From Acidobacteriota bacterium (GTDB lineage: Bacteria; Acidobacteriota; Thermoanaerobaculia; Multivoradales; Multivoraceae): DNA of 64,000 nucleotides. Each line of letters begins with the position of its first letter. The first letter of the stretch is position 1. A model generated the notes under the pieces. It saw nothing but the letters and a program-made list of their open reading frames with translations. It was not told the DNA's origin and searched no databases. Below, one piece after another: positions 1 to 8,455 of the stretch. Both the position numbers and the translations under genes were made by a program. The stretch spans positions 13,923-77,922 of the forward strand of contig JAYZDP010000139.1 in the NCBI GenBank assembly GCA_036337765.1. The letters run 5' to 3'.

Positions 1-59
1 CGCGAGCAGATGGTGTGGTCGGTGTCAGCGAGGCGTCGCTTGCCCAGGTGCAACGTATC

Positions 60-230
60 TACGGCTTCACGGGTCCGGTCCGACAGCCTATCCACCTGGT
101 CGTCCAGGAAGCGAATCTCTCCGTCGTAGCGAGACAGCTCGTCTCGCAGCTCCTCGCCACCCTCTGCGCTTCCCGATCGGCGTCGCGTCGGTGCCTCGTA
201 CGGAAGTCACGGTTATCATGGGGATCTCTT
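60..230 (-). pseudogene. Sulfatase-like gene remnant
   Basis: Minus strand reads DPHD, then in another frame LPYEAP...RYDGEIRFLDDQVDRL, which are sulfatase-like motifs. There are in-frame stops upstream and no start. Confidence 0.45.
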
Positions 231-284
231 TACTTCGTCAAGTTAGTAGCACCGTAAGCCCCCCTGGGCGACGGAGGTATCTAC

Positions 285-1016
285 ATGCCTTCCAGAATCC
301 GACGCTTTGCTCTCACCATCCTTCTCTTCGCAGCCTGGGTAGCCACACCCGGAGCCGTCTGCGCAGCCGAGACAGTGAAGTTCCAGGCTTCCGACGGGCA
401 CTCGCTCACCGGAACGCTGTGGAAAAACGACGACGCCCCGGGCGTTCTGCTCCTGCACCAGTGCAACAGCGACCGCTCGATGTACGAGGAGGTCGCGGGA
501 TTGCTCGTCGACGCCGGCTTCAAGGTGCTGACCGTCGACTTCCGCGGCTTCGGCGACAGCAAGGGAGGCGGCTACGACCTCGCCAACGCCGAGCGGGCGG
601 ACTGGGAAAAGGCGATGGAGGGCTTTCCGCTCGACGCAGAGGCCGCACACGCCTTTCTGGCTGGCGAGGGCAGCGGCGCAGTGCTCGGCGCCCTGGGCGC
701 CTCGTGCGGCGGCTGGCAGGTGGTCAAGCTGGCGCAGGACCACCCCGAGCTGAAACACCTAGGCTTCTTCTCGAGCGGCCTGAACGCCGAGCACGAGCGG
801 GATCTCCTGCAGATGCGCGATCGCATGATGCTGCTGGTCGCCGCCAAGGGCGACACCCGCGCCGCGGCCCCCGCCGGCACCCTTGCCTATCGCGGCGGCA
901 AGGACCGCACGGACCTGCTGCTCTACGATGGCGACGCCCACGGCTACCCGCTCTTCGAGCAGGATCCGCAGCTGGCCTCGAAGATGGTGAAGTTCTTCGA
1001 GCCGATCCTCGACTAG
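285..1016 (+). CDS. Secreted alpha/beta hydrolase
   Basis: Signal peptide, GASCG nucleophile elbow, AHG His motif, GGAGG RBS. Confidence 0.85.
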   Translation: MPSRIRRFALTILLFAAWVATPGAVCAAETVKFQASDGHSLTGTLWKNDDAPGVLLLHQCNSDRSMYEEVAGLLVDAGFKVLTVDFRGFGDSKGGGYDLANAERADWEKAMEGFPLDAEAAHAFLAGEGSGAVLGALGASCGGWQVVKLAQDHPELKHLGFFSSGLNAEHERDLLQMRDRMMLLVAAKGDTRAAAPAGTLAYRGGKDRTDLLLYDGDAHGYPLFEQDPQLASKMVKFFEPILD

Positions 1017-3064
1017 AGCCCTTCGCCGACCACCAGGTTGCGAATTGTCTGGCCGCGGGCGTCCTTGACGTAGACCCGTACCTCGCCGTCGGCGGCGGCC
1101 GTAGTCACGATCATCAGATCAGGGGCCCCACTGCCAGCCGTGTGTGGAACCACGGCCAGATCGTGCGGCTGCTCCTTGTGGGGAATGGTAGTTGTCGTCA
1201 GTGTCGACCCCGAGGACGAGTCGATGACGAACAGCCGAGCGCGTACATTGGCTCGCCGCCGGCCCAGGATCGCCAGCTCGTCTGCCGGAGTGCCGGAGAA
1301 GTCCGGTACCCGCTCGAAGGCGCGGGGATGGAAGCGATCGGGGAAGTTGCGCATCATCAGCTCGGCGCCCGAGGCCGGGTCGAACACCCGCACTTGCGGA
1401 TTGCCATTCTTTGCCCGCGACCCGAGAAGGGCCACCTCGTCGGCCCCCGTGCCGCCGAAGCTCGCCACCGCCCGGGCATGCGACGGTCGGAAGTCGTCAT
1501 CCAACGAAGAGTCGAGGAGCTTCGCCCCGGAGACCGCGTCACGCACGTGCATCGAAGCGATGCCGGTTGCAGGATCGATGACGACCACCACGACCTCGGG
1601 CGCGGTGCCACCGCCGAACGACGGCACGATCGCGAAGTCGGCGACGAGCCCCTCTGGAAAGGTCAGGTTCGCGAGCACAGCCGCGGACTGCGCATCCTTG
1701 ATGAAGACCTTGATCTTCCCGCTGGGCAGGATCGTCAGCACGGCGATCTCGTCGGTGGAGGATCCGCCGAAGTCCGGAACCACCAGCATGGCGCACGGGA
1801 AGGAGGTCGGGAAGTTGAGGGTCTTCAGGTGCAGGCCTGACGTCGAATCGCGCACGAACACCTGGACGCGCCGGCCCCGGGCAGACCAGGTGAGGATCGC
1901 GATCTCGCGCGCCGACGTGTCGCCGAAGGTCGACAGCGTGGCGATGTCCAGCGCGGTGGCATTGGCGTCGACGGCCATTTCCGCCACGCGGTTGTTGGTC
2001 TGGGGATCGAACACGCGCACATTGTGGCGAGCCGGGTTGTGGCCGATGCGCATCACGGCGATGTCGTCGGGGCCGAGCTGGTCGAGATTCTCGACCCCCA
2101 CCACCGACAGGTGGGTGACGGCCCAGCCGAGATCCTGCAGGAGCCGCGCTGAGAGGAAAGGATCACCCCGTCTGACGAGAAAGGCCTCCATGGTCTCGTC
2201 GAGCTGCGCATTGAGGGAGGGGTCGAAGTGGTTGACCGAGCTTCCGCCCGAGAACTCCTCCGGCGCGTAGAGCAGTGGATGGGCACTCATGTCGCCCAGA
2301 CCGCTGATCAGAGTTGCACCGTCGGTACCGGTGTTGGGCCCGACCCAGTGGAGCTGGCCGTCCTTTGTGATCGACGCGAGACGCTGTTTGTTGTTGAGCT
2401 TCGACCAAGTCCTACCGCGCTCGTGATCTTCGACGTGGACCATGAAGGTGTCGTCGAAACCCTGCAGCTTGGCTCCGGTTTCGGGGTCGACGTAGGTCAG
2501 GAAGCCGAAGCCATGGGCCAGCTCGTGCAGCATCACCTGAAAGAGGCTGAACGTGGCCCCGGTGTTGGGAACGCCGATCCGGTAGTCCCACTGCGCACCC
2601 GTGAGACAGTCGGCCGACCCGACGTCGATGTTGATGCGGGTCTCTATGTGGGCCTCTTCCCGGCCCGGTGCGGCTTCGAAGCCCAAGAAGGCATTGGTCT
2701 GCGCCCAGCTGTACCAGACGTTCGGCGCGGCCAAGAGAGCGGGGTCCCGGAACACCAGAGTCGGCGAAGCGAACGCCAGTACACCTTCCGACTCCTCACA
2801 CTCGAGCGATTCCCAGGCGGCGTCGACGCGGATGTCGGGCATCGACACCAACCGGTTCAACCAGTCTCTGCCGGCGGCCTCGAGCACGTTGAGGCGCTGC
2901 TCTCCCACGGTGGTCCCGGGGTTGCCCGTCACCGGGCTGACCGGGCTCGGATCGTTGAAGCCCACGTCGGCCTCGTCGGCGACCTCGATGACGAGCTCAC
3001 CGGCCCAGACAGTCGCGGGCACCAGCAGAACGAGAAGCGTAGCGGCGATCCGTAGCGTGCTCAT
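1013..3064 (-). CDS. Secreted zinc metallopeptidase-like protein with C-terminal FG-GAP-like beta-propeller
   Basis: Start re-called at ATG 3064 (MSTLRIAATLLVLL signal peptide, overlapping the upstream stop). HELAHGFG motif and seven repeats of the VPDFGGSSTDEIAVL type. Confidence 0.8.
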   Translation of the reverse strand: MSTLRIAATLLVLLVPATVWAGELVIEVADEADVGFNDPSPVSPVTGNPGTTVGEQRLNVLEAAGRDWLNRLVSMPDIRVDAAWESLECEESEGVLAFASPTLVFRDPALLAAPNVWYSWAQTNAFLGFEAAPGREEAHIETRINIDVGSADCLTGAQWDYRIGVPNTGATFSLFQVMLHELAHGFGFLTYVDPETGAKLQGFDDTFMVHVEDHERGRTWSKLNNKQRLASITKDGQLHWVGPNTGTDGATLISGLGDMSAHPLLYAPEEFSGGSSVNHFDPSLNAQLDETMEAFLVRRGDPFLSARLLQDLGWAVTHLSVVGVENLDQLGPDDIAVMRIGHNPARHNVRVFDPQTNNRVAEMAVDANATALDIATLSTFGDTSAREIAILTWSARGRRVQVFVRDSTSGLHLKTLNFPTSFPCAMLVVPDFGGSSTDEIAVLTILPSGKIKVFIKDAQSAAVLANLTFPEGLVADFAIVPSFGGGTAPEVVVVVIDPATGIASMHVRDAVSGAKLLDSSLDDDFRPSHARAVASFGGTGADEVALLGSRAKNGNPQVRVFDPASGAELMMRNFPDRFHPRAFERVPDFSGTPADELAILGRRRANVRARLFVIDSSSGSTLTTTTIPHKEQPHDLAVVPHTAGSGAPDLMIVTTAAADGEVRVYVKDARGQTIRNLVVGEGL

Positions 3065-3444
3065 GGTGACGGTCCCTCGGAGTCCCGCTCGGCTTGCGCG
3101 CGGTCGGCGTCGGGCAACTCCACCACCAGAGGAGCGGCGAAACGTCCCTGTAGGTCGATGACGACCATACCGTTGGGCAGGATCTCCTCGAACAGGCCCT
3201 CGTGGCTGTAGCGCAGGGACTCCTGCGTGCTCAGGGGGGGTGCTGGCGCGCTCGACTCCACAACCCTGCGTATCGCCTCGGGGTCGGAAGTCGGCAGACC
3301 GGTCTCGGGATCGAGAATCGCGCGAACCCCGGCCGCGCGGTTTTCGTCGGCCGCTCGGTCCGGGAGACTCAAGATCGTCAGGCCGGTCACCGCCAAACCC
3401 ACTGCGCTGGCTACTGCCACTCGCCGAACGAGAACTCTGGTCAT
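3061..3444 (-). CDS. Small exported protein resembling the post-PEP-CTERM-1 domain family
   Basis: Hydrophobic N-terminus; motifs AILDPETG and GMVVIDLQGRF; AGAAAGGAGG RBS; stop overlaps the peptidase start. Confidence 0.7.
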   Translation of the reverse strand: MTRVLVRRVAVASAVGLAVTGLTILSLPDRAADENRAAGVRAILDPETGLPTSDPEAIRRVVESSAPAPPLSTQESLRYSHEGLFEEILPNGMVVIDLQGRFAAPLVVELPDADRAQAERDSEGPSP

Positions 3445-3634
3445 GCTGCGCCTCCTTTCTACCTATTGTGCCGCGACTGGAGCGATTCCAGACATGCGTC
3501 AAAAAGTCGCATCACTGATCCGAATCGACGCTCTCTCTAGAGCACAACCGCCAGGAAGACAGCGACCGGGCGCTCACCGTCTATACGGTAGACTCCCAAA
3601 ACTCACGCGACAAACGAGGAAGTAGGCCCACAAG

Positions 3635-4957
3635 ATGCGGAAACAGACCCCCACTCTGGCGATCGCGACGATTCTCGCGTTGGCTCTGTCTCCGGCCATC
3701 TTCGGAGCTGGCGCGAAGGACGCGACCCAGCCGGCGGAGGTAACGTTCGCGCGTGATGTCCTGCCGATCCTGCAGGAAAACTGCCAGACTTGCCACCGGC
3801 CGGGCGGCGACAACTTCACAGGCATGGTCGCGCCGATGTCGCTCGTCACCTACGACGAGGTAAGGCCGTGGGCGCGGTCGATCGCGAAGCAGGTCGAGTC
3901 GCGCAAGATGCCGCCGTGGTTCGCGTCGCCCGAGTACCACGGGGTGTTCTCGAACGAGCGCACGCTGACCGACGACGAGATCAGCTCGATCGTGGCGTGG
4001 GCCAAAAGTGGCGCCCCGATCGGCGACTTAGCCGAAGCGCCGGCACCGCGGGAATTCGGCTCCAAGGGCTGGCGCATTGGCGAGCCCGACCTGGTCGTCA
4101 CGGCACCACGCTACTTCGTGCCCGACGACGTCGACACCCACTACACGAACCATCAGGTAGTGCTGACCGATGACATCCTGCCCGCCAGCCGCTGGGTGCA
4201 GGCAATCGAGTGGAAGGGCGGCGCATCAGCGGTGCATCACATCGTCGGCTACGCCTACCTCCCCGGCCAGAAGGTCGAACGCGGTCGTGGCTACGGTCTC
4301 GGCTCGATCGCCCCGGGTGAGGAGCCGATGCACTTCCCCGACGGCTTCGCGAAGCTCCTGGTGAAGGGCTCGACGCTGGTCTTCAACATGCACTACCACA
4401 AGGAAGCCGGGCCCGGCACCGGCGAGTGGGACGCGTCGCAGGTCGCCTTCAAGTTCTACCCGGAGGGGGCCGAGGTCGCCCACTTCGTCGACCACAACGC
4501 AATCGGCGCCGCGGCTTTCGAGATTCCCCCGAACCACCCCAACTGGAAGGTCGGCGCGGCGCGCATGATCGACGAGGACATCACGCTGATCTCCATGCAC
4601 CCGCACATGCATCTACGGGGCAAGCGCGCGCGCTACATCGCCTTTTACCCCGACGGCTCGCAGGAGACGATCCTCGAGGTTCCGGAGTTCGACTTCAACT
4701 GGCAAACCGACTACTCGTTCGTCGAGCCCAAGGTGATCCCCGCGGGCACGCGCCTCGAGTACACGGCCTGGTTCGACAACTCGGTCGACAACCCGTCCAA
4801 CCCCGACGCCAACAAGGCTCAGGGCTGGGGACGCGAGACGTGGGACGAGATGATGCTCGGCTACATCACCTACTCATCGACCGAGCCCAAGAAGCTCACG
4901 GTCGAAGAGGCCATCGCCCAGCACCTCGGCCGCAGGCGGGGCGGACTCAGCGAATAG
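3635..4957 (+). CDS. Cytochrome c fused to a copper type II (PHM/DBH-like) monooxygenase fold
   Basis: Signal peptide; CQTCH; VHH, HYH, HPHMH and EMM copper-ligand motifs. Confidence 0.8.
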   Translation: MRKQTPTLAIATILALALSPAIFGAGAKDATQPAEVTFARDVLPILQENCQTCHRPGGDNFTGMVAPMSLVTYDEVRPWARSIAKQVESRKMPPWFASPEYHGVFSNERTLTDDEISSIVAWAKSGAPIGDLAEAPAPREFGSKGWRIGEPDLVVTAPRYFVPDDVDTHYTNHQVVLTDDILPASRWVQAIEWKGGASAVHHIVGYAYLPGQKVERGRGYGLGSIAPGEEPMHFPDGFAKLLVKGSTLVFNMHYHKEAGPGTGEWDASQVAFKFYPEGAEVAHFVDHNAIGAAAFEIPPNHPNWKVGAARMIDEDITLISMHPHMHLRGKRARYIAFYPDGSQETILEVPEFDFNWQTDYSFVEPKVIPAGTRLEYTAWFDNSVDNPSNPDANKAQGWGRETWDEMMLGYITYSSTEPKKLTVEEAIAQHLGRRRGGLSE

Positions 4958-5007
4958 CCAGCGAAGCGACATTCGTGCTCACTCGCGGGAGGGGGCGATC
5001 TAGATCT

Positions 5008-5868
5008 CTAGATCCGCAACACCCGATCCATCATCCCGGTCAATTCCGAGACTTCCCATGGCTCGTTCGAGCCTCTTCGCTCCACGCCTCTGGTGACCAT
5101 CATCTTGTAGACGAAGATTCGCGTGCCGCCGACGCCGAAGACCTCTCCTGAGATGTTCGCCGCCTCGTCCGATGCGAGGTACGCGACTAGCGGTGCGATG
5201 TGCTGCGGGCCCTGGCTGTCGTGGCGCTCATCGGGATCGAGATCTCGGTTCGGAACCAGGTCTTCGGTCATGCGGGTGTACGCGATCGGGGCGATGGCGT
5301 TGACGGTGATCTCGTAGCGCGCCATCTCCCACGAGCCAATGCGGGTGAGCGCCCAGATGCCTGCCTTGGCGGCACCGTAGTTCGACTGGCCGAAGTTGCC
5401 CAGGAGACCCGAGCCCGAGGAGGTGTTGATGATCCGACCGCCGCGGCCCTGCTCGCGCATGCGGGCGCCGGCGACCTGCATCATCGAGAAGCTGCCCTTC
5501 AGGTGGACGTTGATCACCGAGTCCCACTCCTGCTCGGAGGTCTTGAGCAGCGTGCGGTCGCGCAGGATGCCGGCGTTGTTGACCAGGATGTCGACGCCAC
5601 CGAAGTTGTCGGCCGCCGTGGCCACGCTCGACTCCGCCGCGTCGAAGCCGCCGACGGCGTCGATGTTCGAGACCGCCTCGCCGCCGTCGGCACGGATCTT
5701 GGCAACCACGACGTCGGCGTCGTTGCCGGTCCCCGCGCCGTGCCGATCGCAGCCCGGATCGTTGACAACGACCTTGGCCCCCTCGCGCGCGAAGAGCAGC
5801 GCGTGCTCCCTGCCGATTCCGTTGCCGCCGCCGGTGACGATCGCGATCTTGCCGTCGAGTGCACCCAT
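5008..5868 (-). CDS. SDR family oxidoreductase
   Basis: TGGGNGIG, NNAG and YGAAK motifs. Confidence 0.9.
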   Translation of the reverse strand: MGALDGKIAIVTGGGNGIGREHALLFAREGAKVVVNDPGCDRHGAGTGNDADVVVAKIRADGGEAVSNIDAVGGFDAAESSVATAADNFGGVDILVNNAGILRDRTLLKTSEQEWDSVINVHLKGSFSMMQVAGARMREQGRGGRIINTSSGSGLLGNFGQSNYGAAKAGIWALTRIGSWEMARYEITVNAIAPIAYTRMTEDLVPNRDLDPDERHDSQGPQHIAPLVAYLASDEAANISGEVFGVGGTRIFVYKMMVTRGVERRGSNEPWEVSELTGMMDRVLRI

Positions 5869-5938
5869 ATACGTTGTCTCCGTTTCGTTTCGGGGAAGGC
5901 AGCGAGCCTAACGCAGTCCAACGCCGTACACTCACGAG

Positions 5939-7018
5939 ATGCGAACGCTCTTGATCGCGGCCCTGGCGTTTCTAGCCGTGGTTCCCGCGCTGGCGCACAA
6001 GACCGAGAACGTGATCCTCGTCACCTACGACGGCCTGCGCTGGCAAGAGCTCTTCGGCGGCGCCGACGAGACATTGCTCGACGAGGAGCACGGCGGGGTG
6101 CGCGACGTGGCCGCGCTGCGGCAGCGCTTCTGGCGGGGCGGACCGATCGAGCGCCGCAAGGCGTTGTTGCCCTTCTTCTGGAGCGTCGTCGCCGAGCGCG
6201 GCCGGATCTACGGCAACCCCGACGCCGACTCGCGAGTGACGGTCACCAACGGCAGGGTCTTCTCCTACCCCGGCTACAACGAGATCCTGGCCGGTGTCGC
6301 CGACGACCGGATCATCTCGAACGCCAAGAAGCCCAACGCCAACCTCACTGTCCTCGGCTGGCTGCACCAACAGCCAGGCTTCGCGGGGAAGGTGGCGGCC
6401 TTCGCCTCGTGGGACGTCTTTCCGTACATCATCGACGAGCCCGGTACGGGGGTCTACGTCAACGCCGGATGGGAGCCGCTCGAGCGCCCTCTCGATTCGG
6501 AGCGTCAGGCGTTGATGGCCGAGATCCAGCGCGACCTCCCGCACTACTGGGGCGCCGGCGTCCGCTACGACGCCTTCACCCTCGACGGCGCGCTGGCGCG
6601 GCTCGCGAGCCATCGCCCCCGAGTGCTCTACGTCGCCTTCGACGAGACCGACGACTGGGCCCACGGCGGACGCTACGACCTCTACCTCGACGCCGCCCAC
6701 CGCACCGACGACTTCGTTCACCGGCTGTGGAGCGCGGTCGAGAGCGATTCGCACTACGCGGGCAAAACCAGCTTGGTCTTGACCACCGATCACGGCCGCG
6801 GCGGAGGGCTCGATGACTGGAAGAGCCATGGCGCCGACGTCGACGGAGCCAAGCGGATCTGGATCGCGGTCATGGGCCCCGACACTCCCGCCAGCGGCAG
6901 CGTCAACGGCGCCCAGGCGACGCAGGCTCAGGTCGCCGCGACTGTAGCGGCGCTTCTGGGACTCGATTTCGTCGCGGCGAGTCCATCGGCGGCGCCACCA
7001 CTACCGGGAATCCGCTAG
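5939..7018 (+). CDS. Secreted alkaline phosphatase superfamily protein
   Basis: Signal peptide; TYDGLR, DDWAH and TTDHG metal-binding motifs. Confidence 0.85.
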   Translation: MRTLLIAALAFLAVVPALAHKTENVILVTYDGLRWQELFGGADETLLDEEHGGVRDVAALRQRFWRGGPIERRKALLPFFWSVVAERGRIYGNPDADSRVTVTNGRVFSYPGYNEILAGVADDRIISNAKKPNANLTVLGWLHQQPGFAGKVAAFASWDVFPYIIDEPGTGVYVNAGWEPLERPLDSERQALMAEIQRDLPHYWGAGVRYDAFTLDGALARLASHRPRVLYVAFDETDDWAHGGRYDLYLDAAHRTDDFVHRLWSAVESDSHYAGKTSLVLTTDHGRGGGLDDWKSHGADVDGAKRIWIAVMGPDTPASGSVNGAQATQAQVAATVAALLGLDFVAASPSAAPPLPGIR

Positions 7019-8229
7019 TCGATCGTCGGCTCGGCGCCGATCACACCCTGCTCGCGCAGAGCGGCGATGTCCTCGGCACCCAGGCCGAGATCGGCCGCCA
7101 GCACCTCGTCGGTGTGCCCGCCCAGGAAGGGAGCCGGCTCGATATCGACGCTCGACTCCGTCATCCTGGCGGGCCACGCCAGCAGGCGCATCGTGCCGCG
7201 CTTCGGGTGGGGAATGGTGTGAACGAAGTCGCGCTCCAGCAGATGCGGATCGTTGAAGAGGTCGACGGTGTCGAAGACCGCGCTCGCCGGTACCCCGGCC
7301 TCTCCGAGTAACAGCATCGCCTCGTGCTTGTCGTGCTGGCGGGTCCAGGCTGAGATCTCGGCGGCCAGTGTCTCGCCGTTCTCGAGGCGCAGGCGGGACT
7401 TGACGAACCTCGGATCCTCGGGCAGATCCGGGCGATCCATGACCGCGCACAGCGACTGCCACATGCGCGGGGTGATGGCGCAGATGTAGATGAAGTCGTT
7501 CGGCCCCTCGGGCTTGCAGGGATAGAGGTTCGCCACCGCACCGATGCCGTTGCCGTTGCGCTGCGACGCCTGCTCGCCGAAGTTCGATCCCATCGCGATC
7601 GCGGTGCGGATGTAGTAGGTCACTGCCTCCTGCATCGACAGCTCGATCATCTGCCCTTTTCCGGTACGCAGCTTCTGGACGTAGGCAGCGCAGAGCGCCA
7701 ACGCCATCTGCACACCCGTGCCGGCATCACCGATCGTGGCCCCGGGGCGCACCGGTGCCTCGCCCGCCTCGCCGGTCACCGACATCGAGCCGCCGGCCGC
7801 CTGGGCGACCGGATCGAAGCACTTGAACTCGGCGTACGGACCGCTGAGGCCGAAGCCCTTGATACGCCCATAGATGATGGCGGGGTTGGCCTCCTTGAGC
7901 ACGTCGTAGCCGATGTCGAGCTTCTCCACCACCCCGGGCCCGAAGTTCTCGACGAAGGCGTCGTAGCGCGGCGCCATCTTCAAGAGCAGCTCTCGGCCTT
8001 CTGGAGTGTCGAGGGCGAGAGTGACGCTGCGCTTGTTGGAGTTCCAGTTCAGAAAGTACTCGGAGTCCTCGAAGCCGTACTCGTCGAAGGCGCCGCGGCC
8101 GGGGTCACCCGAGCCGGGCCGCTCGATCTTCACGACGTCGGCACCGAGCCAGGCGAGCGCCTGCGTGCACGAGGTGCCCGCCTCGTACTGCGTCATGTCT
8201 AAGATTCTCATTCCATCGAGTGCAGGCAT
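7015..8229 (-). CDS. CaiB/BaiF class III CoA-transferase (formyl-CoA transferase-like)
   Basis: Start re-called at ATG 8229 with a GGAGG RBS; LGADVVKIE, NSNKRS and ENFGPG motifs. Confidence 0.9.
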   Translation of the reverse strand: MPALDGMRILDMTQYEAGTSCTQALAWLGADVVKIERPGSGDPGRGAFDEYGFEDSEYFLNWNSNKRSVTLALDTPEGRELLLKMAPRYDAFVENFGPGVVEKLDIGYDVLKEANPAIIYGRIKGFGLSGPYAEFKCFDPVAQAAGGSMSVTGEAGEAPVRPGATIGDAGTGVQMALALCAAYVQKLRTGKGQMIELSMQEAVTYYIRTAIAMGSNFGEQASQRNGNGIGAVANLYPCKPEGPNDFIYICAITPRMWQSLCAVMDRPDLPEDPRFVKSRLRLENGETLAAEISAWTRQHDKHEAMLLLGEAGVPASAVFDTVDLFNDPHLLERDFVHTIPHPKRGTMRLLAWPARMTESSVDIEPAPFLGGHTDEVLAADLGLGAEDIAALREQGVIGAEPTID

Positions 8230-8283
8230 CGTCTTCCTCCCTAGGGCGCTTACTTTAGTACCAAGCTCCCTCGACCCGGCTCG

Positions 8284-8435
8284 GGGCCTGCGCGGCGAGC
8301 GGCCCCCGGAGGGACAGTAATGCAGTGGGAGCCGTGGCATGAGCACGGTACGTCTTAGCGACGAACGAACTGCACACTCGACACATTCCCCTGCGCGACT
8401 GGCCGCCCCGCCGTGACCGCCACGGCTCCCACTGC
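8284..8435 (+). repeat. Structured intergenic repeat, copy 1 (29-bp leader plus perfect 17-bp inverted repeat 8322-8338/8419-8435)
   Basis: GCAGTGGGAGCCGTGGC and GCCACGGCTCCCACTGC are exact reverse complements. Homologous to 47044-47155 and 39535-39559. Confidence 0.75.
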
Positions 8436-8455
8436 TAGAGTCCCCGCTCATCGTT

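Noticed and set aside
3065-3502. N-terminal extension of the 829-aa ORF
   Set aside because: It is Arg/Ser-rich shadow sequence overlapping the real 127-aa gene; the signal peptide begins at ATG 3064.
8322-8435. Hairpin element as an integron attC, group II intron end or terminator
   Set aside because: No RYYYAAC/GTTRRRY ends, no convincing domain V, no U-tract, and no integrase or reverse transcriptase.
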